64,000 nt of DNA, taken from IMG/VR virus record IMGVR_UViG_3300045988_139474, positions 64,001 through 128,000 of that record; one strand, written 5' to 3'. The translations under genes and the position numbers were made by a program. Shown here piece by piece: positions 34,792-44,115 of this stretch (within the stretch, counting starts at the first letter, position 1; each line of letters starts with the position of its first letter). The notes under the pieces were generated by a model. It was not told where the DNA came from and searched no databases. It saw nothing but the letters and a program-made list of their open reading frames with translations. Source of the stretch: a virus.

Positions 34792-34816
34792 GCTTGCTCA
34801 CACTCACAACGCAAGC
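34792..34816 (+). other. conserved hairpin H3 (GCTTGC, CA-rich loop, GCAAGC)
   Basis: Followed by AGACGGTTTCTTGTTTTG. Confidence 0.55.
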
Positions 34817-34958
34817 AGACGGTTTCTTGTTTTGATTTCAGGCTTCAGGCCGTCTGATTTCAAGGATTCCATGCTCATGGCTGATCGATAAGGATGAATG
34901 ACTGCTCTCAAGTCTCAGGATTGATAGAAATGAAAGCAGGGTTGTTCTTTTTCGTCTA

Positions 34959-35103
34959 TTAGTAATACTCTTGTGTGGTGTGTATATTGTGTATCACATC
35001 TATGAGTTTGGAATTGGCTATTTCGCGGATAAGCTTCTGATTCTCCAGCACTATTTTTCGCCAAAATCCTGTCTTTATGTTCGGAATCCTGTTCCCTACA
35101 AGA
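34959..35103 (+). repeat. conserved ~145-nt non-coding element, copy D
   Basis: Ends about 40 nt upstream of the portal start codon. Confidence 0.85.
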
Positions 35104-35144
35104 TTCATCTTCCATTAACCTGACATCTGCAAGGAATAAGCCCT

Positions 35145-36836
35145 ATGCACTTCAATGCCCGTGTGGACTCAGATGTAAGCGGCATCTTGTCCGCTACTAT
35201 GAACAGCATTATCAATCCCAAAGGCCATCTTGTGCATAACTTCAGCGTGCAGGATACTAGGGCTGCAAGGGATTTGAACTCAAAGCTGACTGCGTTTGCT
35301 ACTACTCGCATTCAGTATTACAAGACACTCCGTCAATTCCGCCGTAATTGGGTGACTGAAGGCGTGTATGATACTATCAATAATGACGTGCTGTTGGATA
35401 ACACCTCAGACGATACTGTTTCAGTCGAAGTAATAGGCGATGATGCCTTGACTCAAGAGGCCAATGACCTGTTTCGCAAACTGAAGATAGTTGAAATCTT
35501 ACACTCCATCATTGATGACCTGCTTCATTACGGTTCATACGCCCTCCGACCGATTGCCTACAAGGGTGTTGGTGTGGTTGACTTGGTTGACGATTATGAA
35601 CCGCATCAAGTCATTGCTTTGACCGATAGCAAAAACAATCCAGTCATGTTCTTCATCTCAGATGATTATTTGTCTAGCGATTTCAGTCAAGCTGATGCTG
35701 CTGGTACTTATGCTTATGTACCTCAGAGCAAGAAGCCTGTATCTCAGCGTTATCACTCAATTGATGAGTTGGTTTATTTCGGCCTTGACTTGAGCTTCAC
35801 CAAAATCCATATCGAAGAGGATTGGACACAAGCTATCCGCCAAGCTGCCCCGTTGTCGGCTTTCCGCGCTACTCTGCCGAAAACCTTTAAGCTGCGTGCC
35901 AGCCGTTCCTTTATCTTCAACAATCTCGACAAGCTTCAGGACATCTTGCTGATGGACAAGCTTAACACCTACCGCTCCATTGGCGACACGTTGACTCCTA
36001 ACGTGTTGGGTGTTCCGTTGCCGGACAACTATGACTCGCAACAATCTACTGAAGTGACTAAACACTATGATGCTCTGTTGAATAACAACATCGACCAAAT
36101 GACCGACTTCCTTGACCCTGAAACAATGTTCAGGGAATTAGCGAGAATTCGTGTTGTCCCGATAGTGGGTGACCGCTCGCAACCCGTCAAGTTAGAAACA
36201 AAAGAAAATGAGAGAGTTGAAGACATCGAATCGAAGAATCAGGCCTTGCGCAATTTCCTAGATTCGATAGGCGTGCCTGCAGCCGTCTTTTTCGGCGAAG
36301 GCGAGCATAAGGAAAGCTTGAAAAACTCAATCCGTTACGCCAAAAAAGTCAAGAGAATTCAGAAGAATATTTCACGCGCATTAACTCGCTTATTGATTAT
36401 CCACTTTCAAAACCGTTATCCTGAGCTTTCGGGTAAACTGAATGAGGGTGATATCAGAGTTACACTGCGCAACAATACCAACCTTGATGAGCTTGAAGAC
36501 TTGGAGTCACAAGACTTGACGCTATCCTCTATCAATTCAGCATTGGAGATGTTTGAAACTATCCGACCGCTGACGGAAGGTGAGGACAGCGAGTATAAGA
36601 TTGACGACAACATGATTCTGCAAGTAATCAAAGATAGGCTGGGCACCTCAGGCTCGATATTTGCACGCGCTTTGACTAAGCTCGAAGATGAGTCAATCAC
36701 GCTTGAGACTTCTGAAATCTCACCATCGAAGGATACACCTGGTGCAAACTATAAAGCAATTAAGAGGGCTATTGGAATCTCAGAAGGTCAGAAGCCTCCG
36801 AGAAAGCGGTGGTTCAGTCGCTTGTTTAACTCGTAG
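35145..36836 (+). CDS. portal protein (by position and size)
   Basis: 563-aa ORF between the terminase and the protease/scaffold and capsid genes. No motif recognised by eye. Confidence 0.55.
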   Translation: MHFNARVDSDVSGILSATMNSIINPKGHLVHNFSVQDTRAARDLNSKLTAFATTRIQYYKTLRQFRRNWVTEGVYDTINNDVLLDNTSDDTVSVEVIGDDALTQEANDLFRKLKIVEILHSIIDDLLHYGSYALRPIAYKGVGVVDLVDDYEPHQVIALTDSKNNPVMFFISDDYLSSDFSQADAAGTYAYVPQSKKPVSQRYHSIDELVYFGLDLSFTKIHIEEDWTQAIRQAAPLSAFRATLPKTFKLRASRSFIFNNLDKLQDILLMDKLNTYRSIGDTLTPNVLGVPLPDNYDSQQSTEVTKHYDALLNNNIDQMTDFLDPETMFRELARIRVVPIVGDRSQPVKLETKENERVEDIESKNQALRNFLDSIGVPAAVFFGEGEHKESLKNSIRYAKKVKRIQKNISRALTRLLIIHFQNRYPELSGKLNEGDIRVTLRNNTNLDELEDLESQDLTLSSINSALEMFETIRPLTEGEDSEYKIDDNMILQVIKDRLGTSGSIFARALTKLEDESITLETSEISPSKDTPGANYKAIKRAIGISEGQKPPRKRWFSRLFNS

Positions 36837-37052
36837 CTATGCAGACAACAAACAAGCAACCTATACCGTCACCAATATCTCTTCTGAGTATCAAAAACGC
36901 AGAATCCGAGAGACCTTGAGGGAGACTTGCGGCCAATGCTCAATCCGTTCAATAGACGGCGGAATCGAATTCACCGTGCCGTTGAAAGTGAAATTGGGCG
37001 AGTTGGCTCAGGCCTTGCAGAATCTTGGACATGCCCTTGAACGGAAGCATAA

Positions 37053-38618
37053 ATGACACCCAATACATTGCAAAGCATTTGGGAGAGCAAAACGGCTTAC
37101 ACAGTCAAAGAAACTGGGCCAGAAAGCGTTGTTGACGGCGTTAACATTCTGGCTCGTGTGTCTGGCCCAACTTTTTTCCCCGAAACAACAAGCAGAAATG
37201 GCGTGTATTACACGCTTGAAGCTTGGCAAAATGCCTTGAGTGACCCAGAACTTCAACAACGGTTAGATAGCCGTCTGGTTCTGGGCACTTTCGGTCATGA
37301 TATTGAAATCACTGATGAAGAGGTGCGCAAAGGCTTGTTTTCTCATATCACAACCAAACTCTGGATTGAGGGCGGTGTAGGATATGCGGAACACCTAGTG
37401 TTAAACACTGAGCCTGGCCGTAACTTAAACACTCTACTGCGCGCTGGAGCGCGAATCAGTACATCAACCAAAGCCAACGGTTTCTTGGCTGAATCTCAAA
37501 CAGCTGACGGTTACAGTATGGTTGAGCCAGAGGGCTTTACGCTCGAAAGGATTGACTTTGTACTTGACCCTGGCTATCTTGAGGCCAAGCCTGAACTGCT
37601 GGAATCTTTTTCATCCAAAGGTAAACAAAAAATGGACAAAACTCGCACTCCGATTGAAATCATGGAAGCACATGTGAGCGACTTGCGCGCACGTGGTGAG
37701 CTTTCCGACAAACGCGCAACTGAGCTGCAAGAAGCCCTGAGCGCATCTCGTGTAGAAGTAGCTGAAGCTAAAGCAGCAATGAAGCTGTATGAAGCATTCG
37801 GCACTCCTGTTGAAATTCACGAAAAGCTGAAAAAACTCAGCGTGTACGAATCTATTGACGATGACCCAGAAGCCCTGGCCGACACCGTTGAAGCCGCAAC
37901 CGAAACTATTGAAGACCTGACCGACAAGCTGGATGCAGCTACTCAGGAACTGGAACACACTCAAGAAGCTTTGGGTGACGAAACTCCTGAAACCTACAAA
38001 GCCCTGTTGGCTGAAGCTGACGCTGCTGTCGAACAACTGGCTGCCTTCAAAGAAGTCGCTGACACCCCTGAACAAGTCAAAGAGTTGATGGACGCTGCTG
38101 CCCAAGCAGAAGAAAAACTGACTCAATACCAAGAGTTGGGCACCGTTGAAGAACTCGAAGAGTTGATTGACACCGCTGAGAAAGTACAAGAGCAATTGGA
38201 AGGCGAAGAAGTCGCTGATATTGCTGACGAAGTAGGCGTTGAGCCTGAAATCGTTGAATCTCTGCGTCGCAAAGGCATGAGCCTGAAAGAAGCCCGCAAA
38301 CTGCTGGTTTCCATGAAAGAAAGCTTTGGCGAAGTAGAAGGCCTACCAGAAGATGATGACCCTTACCTCGACAACGAAGAAGAGCATCAAGACGGCGAAG
38401 ATGGCAACAACGAAGATGAAGACCGCTTCAGCGTTCAAGAATCCGTTGCACGCTTCAAACGTGGTCGTGGCCGCAAAGCCTTCACTGAGGCTAAAGTAAA
38501 AGCTAACAAGAAATCTCCTGCTGCTAAAGGTAAAACCACATTGGCAGAAGCTTTGATTTCACGTAACCGTGCTGGCAACCGCAATGCTCGCACTAATGTT
38601 CGCAGCACCCGCAAGTAA
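37053..38618 (+). CDS. prohead protease / scaffolding fusion candidate
   Basis: 521 aa. The N-terminal ~190 aa has an HK97-protease-like layout (GTFGHD...ISTSTKANGF). The remainder is strongly acidic and predicted helical (E/A/L-rich) with a basic C-terminal tail. Lies directly upstream of the capsid gene. Confidence 0.45.
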   Translation: MTPNTLQSIWESKTAYTVKETGPESVVDGVNILARVSGPTFFPETTSRNGVYYTLEAWQNALSDPELQQRLDSRLVLGTFGHDIEITDEEVRKGLFSHITTKLWIEGGVGYAEHLVLNTEPGRNLNTLLRAGARISTSTKANGFLAESQTADGYSMVEPEGFTLERIDFVLDPGYLEAKPELLESFSSKGKQKMDKTRTPIEIMEAHVSDLRARGELSDKRATELQEALSASRVEVAEAKAAMKLYEAFGTPVEIHEKLKKLSVYESIDDDPEALADTVEAATETIEDLTDKLDAATQELEHTQEALGDETPETYKALLAEADAAVEQLAAFKEVADTPEQVKELMDAAAQAEEKLTQYQELGTVEELEELIDTAEKVQEQLEGEEVADIADEVGVEPEIVESLRRKGMSLKEARKLLVSMKESFGEVEGLPEDDDPYLDNEEEHQDGEDGNNEDEDRFSVQESVARFKRGRGRKAFTEAKVKANKKSPAAKGKTTLAEALISRNRAGNRNARTNVRSTRK

Positions 38619-38661
38619 TCGCTTGCCTGCACCGAGTAATTTCTAATCAAGGACACACCCA

Positions 38662-40083
38662 ATGAATCCTATGAAACAACAAGTATCTATCAACGAATCC
38701 AATGTGGATCAAGTAGCAAGCCAATATGAACGCCGTTACGGCAACCTGTTTGAAGCCTATGTAGGCGGTTGTGCTCGTACAGCGATTGGCGAAAGCGTCA
38801 GCAACTTTGAATTGGCTGCCTTAGGCCGTCAATTGGACCAATTCCAACAATACCGCGCCTTTACTGAAGCCAACGCTTCTATCGGCTCGCTGGGCAAATT
38901 GCCTCAAGTCGCTTTGGACGTGATTACCGCAGCTGCCGCTGACTCTATCGTTCCTTTGCTGGCTTCTGTTCAACCAATGGCTGAAGAACACGGCATTGCT
39001 TACTTCCGCAACGTTGTTGCTGCTAACGCTGGTGGCGGTTATACTGCTGGCCAAGTAATCAGCGACCCTATGACCCGCGATAACCCAGGTGACGGCACCT
39101 TCGGTTCTGCCCGTCGCACTTCTGTAACTGACTTGGTTGACGGTCAAGCTGAATACGTTGTTCAACTGAACACCCAAGTCCGTCCTTATCAAACTGAAAT
39201 CTTGGTTGATACCTATGGTATGGGTAAGGATGACGGTCAAGGCAATATCGCAGGCTTTGGTATCCAAGGCTCAGTAGATTATGCTACTGGTAAAGTGACT
39301 GTTAAAGTCCTGCAAACTGTAGCTGACGCTACTACTCAAAGCAAAAAATTGCGTGTAACCTACAACTTGGACGTTGACGCGCTCGAAGAAATCGACCGTA
39401 TCCAATCAACCCTGTCCACTGTTGACGTGGTTGCTCAAATCACCGCCTTGTCTTCTGATATCGGCGCGTTCACCAACTTTGCGTTCACTCAACGCTTCGG
39501 CCGTTCTGCAACTGACGAAGTTGCTCAAGACTTGACCAATGAGTTGACTCGTCTGTTGAACACTCGTGCTGTTAAAGAGATTGCTGGTAGCTACAAACAA
39601 GTTGGTACTCCACTGACTTGGTCAATTAAACCGCCATCTGGCGTATCTTATGCAGAGCACAAGTTGACTTTCGTGGACGCAATTGCTTCTGCTGAAGCTC
39701 AATTGCATGCCGCTTCAGGCGTAAACGGTGCAAACCGCTACATCGTTGGTAATGGTGCAGCTGCTGTATTGCGCGGTATGCCTGACTTTGAAGTTGCTTC
39801 TGACGCAGCTACCACTTCTGTTGGTTTGTACGGTTACTATGACGGCATCCCTGTTATCCGCGCTACTGGCGTGGTAGCTGATGACGACATGTACTTCGTT
39901 GCCAACAGCGGTAACTACTTCAATGCACCTCTGGTGTACGCTCCTTACATGCCTTTGATGATCACTTCTACCATCCAAGACAGCCGCAACCCATTCCGCA
40001 GCCGTACAGCTGCCGGTGAATGGTCTGCTATGAAAGCTGTTAACCCTAACTTGGTGACCAAGCTGACTATCACTCGCAACTAA
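38662..40083 (+). CDS. major capsid protein (by position, size and expression signals)
   Basis: 473 aa. Follows the scaffold gene, has a strong RBS context, and is followed by a DUS-containing hairpin. Confidence 0.65.
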   Translation: MNPMKQQVSINESNVDQVASQYERRYGNLFEAYVGGCARTAIGESVSNFELAALGRQLDQFQQYRAFTEANASIGSLGKLPQVALDVITAAAADSIVPLLASVQPMAEEHGIAYFRNVVAANAGGGYTAGQVISDPMTRDNPGDGTFGSARRTSVTDLVDGQAEYVVQLNTQVRPYQTEILVDTYGMGKDDGQGNIAGFGIQGSVDYATGKVTVKVLQTVADATTQSKKLRVTYNLDVDALEEIDRIQSTLSTVDVVAQITALSSDIGAFTNFAFTQRFGRSATDEVAQDLTNELTRLLNTRAVKEIAGSYKQVGTPLTWSIKPPSGVSYAEHKLTFVDAIASAEAQLHAASGVNGANRYIVGNGAAAVLRGMPDFEVASDAATTSVGLYGYYDGIPVIRATGVVADDDMYFVANSGNYFNAPLVYAPYMPLMITSTIQDSRNPFRSRTAAGEWSAMKAVNPNLVTKLTITRN

Positions 40084-40090
40084 TGTAAGC

Positions 40091-40132
40091 AGCCGTCTGG
40101 ACGAAGCCTCAAAAACTCCGTTCAGACGGCCT
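40091..40132 (+). terminator. inverted DUS pair hairpin after the capsid gene
   Basis: AGCCGTCTGGA ... TTCAGACGGCCT. The downstream arm (40121..40132) is a perfect AG-DUS on the minus strand. There is no T-tract. Confidence 0.5.
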
Positions 40133-40160
40133 AACTTAAAACTTGTGGGAGAGTGTAAAC

Positions 40161-40676
40161 ATGGTGGAACTTAAAAACACCTCAAAAGCTGTGGTCATCT
40201 TCTATGGCTTACTTGCTAACGGTCAGGCTATCGTCTTTATGCCTGAACAAACATTAGAATTTGCTGAATCAGCACTCAGACTGAAATGGCAAAAATTCAT
40301 TGCGAAGTGGAACTCAGACGTCCAAGTTACCAAAATTGACGGGGTTGAGCCTCCGAAAGCTCCTCAAGACCCGCCAAAACCTAAAACTCAAAAACCTGCT
40401 CACGCTAAACCAGCTGAAAACAAAGAAGGAACACCGGCAAGCCCTTTTCCAGCTAACCCTACAGCAACTGCAGGTTCTAGTGCTACAGGACAGCCTACAT
40501 CGCCTGCAGCACCTGTAACTAATCCTACAACTCAACAACCTCCAGCAGCTAACCCAGCACCTACTACTCCTCCAAAAGAGGGAGGCGGTAAACCTGCTGC
40601 CGCAGATTCCGCAGCTGCTAATGGCGGTGTGAGTGACGAAGGCTTGGCTGCCATCCTGAACGAATTGGGTGATTAA
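40161..40676 (+). CDS. small protein with a ~65-aa folded N-domain and a Pro/Thr/Ala-rich disordered tail (paralog of 44116..44565)
   Basis: The ATG at 40161 (MVELKNTSKAVVIFYGLLANGQAIVFMPEQTLEFAE...) follows GGGAGAG. Confidence 0.65.
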   Translation: MVELKNTSKAVVIFYGLLANGQAIVFMPEQTLEFAESALRLKWQKFIAKWNSDVQVTKIDGVEPPKAPQDPPKPKTQKPAHAKPAENKEGTPASPFPANPTATAGSSATGQPTSPAAPVTNPTTQQPPAANPAPTTPPKEGGGKPAAADSAAANGGVSDEGLAAILNELGD

Positions 40677-40678
40677 TT

Positions 40679-43600
40679 ATGGCCAAGCAACTGAACAACC
40701 TTGAAAATGCGTTGCTTTCTATTGCCCGAAAGACTAAAGCAGCCAAAGATGTCGCTGCTGAAGCTAAAGAGTTAGCAGCACCTGCCAATATTGCAACCGC
40801 AGTCAACGGTGCGCTGTCTGAAGTAGAAACAGCAGCCAAGATTGCGGCTTTACAAGCTGCGCATACAGCTGGTATGAAACTTGCTGTTGAGCGTGGCGTG
40901 TATTATCTCGAAGATGCGTTGACTGGCGATTTGCGCGAAAAAGTCTTGTCAGGCTATTTCAAAGACAACAAACAAACTCCTGACGAAGCAGCTGTAATCA
41001 GCCGTGCAATTACCGAGTTTATTGAACGCATCCCCAACGGCTCGTATATTACAGCCCGTCAAGGCTCAGTATTCAGTGTCGATAAGAACAAAGGCTACAA
41101 GCCTGAAGTTTTCGGCGCAGACGGTCGTGTCGTTAGTGTCGGCGGAATGAAGTTGACTATTGACGGCGCACAGCCTTGTATCTATATCCGAAATAAATCC
41201 AACTGTTACTTTGATTTTCGTGGCGTTACATTCATCGTTGAGTCTTTTGGCGTCAACGTGTTTGAAATGGACGGTGGCGAAGGTAACATCATTACACACG
41301 GCGGTATCATCCGATCACGCCGATACCTTGAGAAAGGCTATGTCGGCGGTCGTCAAGGCCTGTTTGCGCCTATCGATGGCTGGACTCCAGAAAATCCAGA
41401 CATCGGTTACGGCTATGCCGACAAGGGCTTGTACGATTTAGGCTTTAACACCACAACATTGATGCATGACTTGGCTCGCTATCGTAACAATGCTGCTCAA
41501 GTACAGAACGTCAAGAAACCTGTTGATTTGACTTGGGCTCAAGTCAAAGAATATGAACGTCAACAAAGCGTCAGAAAATATCTGAGTGTCGGTGGCTATT
41601 GGAATGAAGACGGTACCAAAAACCAATTCCCACAAGAAGATGGTACAGTGTCTGAAGAGTGGGGTACATGGGCTGGCGGCCAACGCGGTTCATCTGCTTG
41701 CGGTTGGGTATTCTATGATGTCCATCATCTGGTCGTCTGGGATTTTGATATCCGTGGCATGACTAGCTCCGCATTGCAATTTGGCTTGTATTCTACTCGT
41801 GACTGTCGCGCAGTAGATGGTGGCGACATCGCAACGGCTATCCGAGAGAAAATGGTTTGCTATGACTGCAAAGTCTATGGCGGATTCATGGATGCTAACT
41901 ATATTGGCGGCATCGGTGTTGTACGCGGTGTTGGTATTACGATTGAGGGCATGAATTGTATCGAAGGTCGTGTTGGTCACCCTGACGCTTCTTTAGGACA
42001 CTCACGCGACAATAGCCAAGTAACTGTTGACCCAGGCTATTGGCTATGGACTAGTCGTTATCTGCCTCAAATTGGTATCCGTTTCCTGAATAACCATTTC
42101 GGCTTCGCAGCACGCAAAGTTTGTGATGCTCATACTGGTAATAACATCCAAATTATCGGTAACAGTGGTTCGTGCTTGTACTATGGTACAGGCGTGGTGA
42201 TTGAAGAATCCTTTGCAATGGACGCAACCAAAGGCGGTCGGGCAGAGGACACCAGCTTCAAATACCAAGAGTCAAACATCGTCATCAAGGATAATGAGTT
42301 TGAATGCGGTTTGAACGGTATCTTCCTGATTAATGGCGCAACAGGCGTAAAAGCCCGCAGAGACAAGAAACTCTGGTGGCTGCGCGCAAACGTTACAGTT
42401 GAGAACAACCGTATTTATGCCCCACGCGGTATGCCTTGTAACTTCGGTCATAACCGATTTACAATTCAAGGCAACAGTTGTACCTTCGCATTGCCTTTTG
42501 GCGAGCCTTTCGGCTTACGCTATCTGAGCGCAATCAATATCAAGAAGGGTGGTCAAAACTACAGCCCTGATACCAAGCTTGTTATTACAGGCGGTGGCGA
42601 AGGCGCACGCGGTGCAGCTGCTACTTGTACTGTTACCAACGGCGTGATTACAGCAGTTAGAATTACCGCAACAGGCACGAAGTATGCTGACGCAAGCTCC
42701 ATTTCTGTTCAAGCTGTTGACCCGACAGGTCAAGGCTCAGGCGCAGAGTTTGAAGCGTTCTGTAACTCTTCTTCTTACGCCTACATGATTGGGGCAGAGG
42801 CTCGCTATGGTACCATTGACGCTTCTTACATCGTCAACAACATGGCTCGCAACTCACAATACGGTAACTATGACCGCATGTTCTTGTCTGCTAACCTGAC
42901 AGGCTGTACTGTACGCGATAACCGACTGGACACCACACCTTACACTAAAGGTGCTAATCCAGCCCTGCCGTACACTTCTGACCGCGATTACGTTCACCGC
43001 TCAGGCGTTGCTAGTCAAGGCTTCTACCAAACTGGTACTCACACTGACTGCTTCCATGAAAACAACAAAACATGGGATCAACGGTCAGGCGCGTGGACTG
43101 ACTTTGTTTTCCGCAACGTAACGACTGCTAACGGTACAGCTGAAGCCAATGCCAAAGTATCCAAGACTGATATTCAAGCCTTGATTGATTCAGCCGTCGC
43201 AGCTGCTATCTCTAAATTGAATATCGGCAAGGCCGAAACAGCTAAACCAGCTGACCCTAAACCTGCCGATGCTCCAAAAGCGAATGAAGGCGGTCAGCCT
43301 GCTTCACCTCAACCAACTACTGAAACTCAACCGCCTGCTGCGTCTAGCGAGCCTCCGAAAGCCGCAGAGACTACAGCAGAAGCTTCTCCAGCACCAGCGT
43401 CACCTCCAACTGAGGCTGCTACTACAGCTGAAACGTCTATCAAGTTTACATTTGACGGGCTGGAAGCTAAGGCACCTGAAGCGATTGGTAGCAACGGTAC
43501 AGCCAAGCTGAAATCCGTGAATAACGCTATCCGCGCAGGTGAACCAGAAGGCTGGGCAGGAGCATTCGGCGAAGTTGATGGTCATAAGACTATGCGCGCA

Positions 43601-44071
43601 TTAGTAGCTGGCGAAGGCAAGGGCATCCGATACATTGAATCAGAAGGCTTGACTTCAGATGGTTCTGCTGCTTCTGCGTTGATTGTTCCGTTCAAGCAAG
43701 TTGCTGGTGGAGCTAACGGTGCTGGCTTCTCTGTAATTCATCAGAAAGGCCGTAGCATTATTGGTAATGGCTTGATCACTACCAACGAAGCAGACGGATT
43801 CAAACTGCGATTTGCAGAGGGTACAACCATTAACGGTAAGCCAATCTCAGCAACCAAAGTCTATCCTTACGACACATGGCACGTTGCTATGATTCCTGTA
43901 CCTGCTGGCGCAGACAAAGCCTTCGACATGATCAGATTTGGTATGAACCATGCTGGTAACGTAGGCCGTAACATCATTATCGGTGCAGGCACTGAATTTG
44001 TACAAGGCGACATCAGCAAAGTTGGCGATAAAGTCGCTGCTTTGATGACTGAGTACAATATCAGCAACTAA
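40679..44071 (+). CDS. 1130-aa structural protein with a parallel beta-helix (pectate-lyase-like) core and a C-terminal lectin-like domain
   Basis: Repeated rung-like strings: NNHFGFAARKVCDAHTGNNIQIIGNSG, IVIKDNEFECGLNGIFLINGATG, VENNRIYAPRG, FTIQGNSC. Also carries a Pro/Ala-rich linker and an N-terminal coiled coil. Confidence 0.6.
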   Translation: MAKQLNNLENALLSIARKTKAAKDVAAEAKELAAPANIATAVNGALSEVETAAKIAALQAAHTAGMKLAVERGVYYLEDALTGDLREKVLSGYFKDNKQTPDEAAVISRAITEFIERIPNGSYITARQGSVFSVDKNKGYKPEVFGADGRVVSVGGMKLTIDGAQPCIYIRNKSNCYFDFRGVTFIVESFGVNVFEMDGGEGNIITHGGIIRSRRYLEKGYVGGRQGLFAPIDGWTPENPDIGYGYADKGLYDLGFNTTTLMHDLARYRNNAAQVQNVKKPVDLTWAQVKEYERQQSVRKYLSVGGYWNEDGTKNQFPQEDGTVSEEWGTWAGGQRGSSACGWVFYDVHHLVVWDFDIRGMTSSALQFGLYSTRDCRAVDGGDIATAIREKMVCYDCKVYGGFMDANYIGGIGVVRGVGITIEGMNCIEGRVGHPDASLGHSRDNSQVTVDPGYWLWTSRYLPQIGIRFLNNHFGFAARKVCDAHTGNNIQIIGNSGSCLYYGTGVVIEESFAMDATKGGRAEDTSFKYQESNIVIKDNEFECGLNGIFLINGATGVKARRDKKLWWLRANVTVENNRIYAPRGMPCNFGHNRFTIQGNSCTFALPFGEPFGLRYLSAINIKKGGQNYSPDTKLVITGGGEGARGAAATCTVTNGVITAVRITATGTKYADASSISVQAVDPTGQGSGAEFEAFCNSSSYAYMIGAEARYGTIDASYIVNNMARNSQYGNYDRMFLSANLTGCTVRDNRLDTTPYTKGANPALPYTSDRDYVHRSGVASQGFYQTGTHTDCFHENNKTWDQRSGAWTDFVFRNVTTANGTAEANAKVSKTDIQALIDSAVAAAISKLNIGKAETAKPADPKPADAPKANEGGQPASPQPTTETQPPAASSEPPKAAETTAEASPAPASPPTEAATTAETSIKFTFDGLEAKAPEAIGSNGTAKLKSVNNAIRAGEPEGWAGAFGEVDGHKTMRALVAGEGKGIRYIESEGLTSDGSAASALIVPFKQVAGGANGAGFSVIHQKGRSIIGNGLITTNEADGFKLRFAEGTTINGKPISATKVYPYDTWHVAMIPVPAGADKAFDMIRFGMNHAGNVGRNIIIGAGTEFVQGDISKVGDKVAALMTEYNISN

Positions 44072-44073
44072 CA

Positions 44074-44085
44074 AGGCCGTCTGAA
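44074..44085 (+). repeat. perfect AG-type DNA uptake sequence
   Basis: AGGCCGTCTGAA, 3 nt after the stop of the 1130-aa gene. Confidence 0.8.
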
Positions 44086-44115
44086 CCGCTACAATCCTTA
44101 TGAAAGAGGTAACCA

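Noticed and set aside
34556-35115. Small ORFs of 60-71 aa on both strands inside element copies C and D (34556..34744, 34577..34792, 34915..35115, 35105..35311).
   Set aside because: The same nucleotide element is open in different frames in different copies. For example, EHKSKILAKNS reads through in C and D, whereas NINTGFWLKILL reads through in E and F. Conservation is therefore at DNA/RNA level, not protein level.
37611-38195. 194-aa minus-strand ORF, and also 37574..37804 and 38123..38314, antisense to the scaffold gene.
   Set aside because: These are shadow ORFs produced by the GAA/GCT-rich repetitive codon composition of the acidic scaffold domain. They have low-complexity translations and no RBS.
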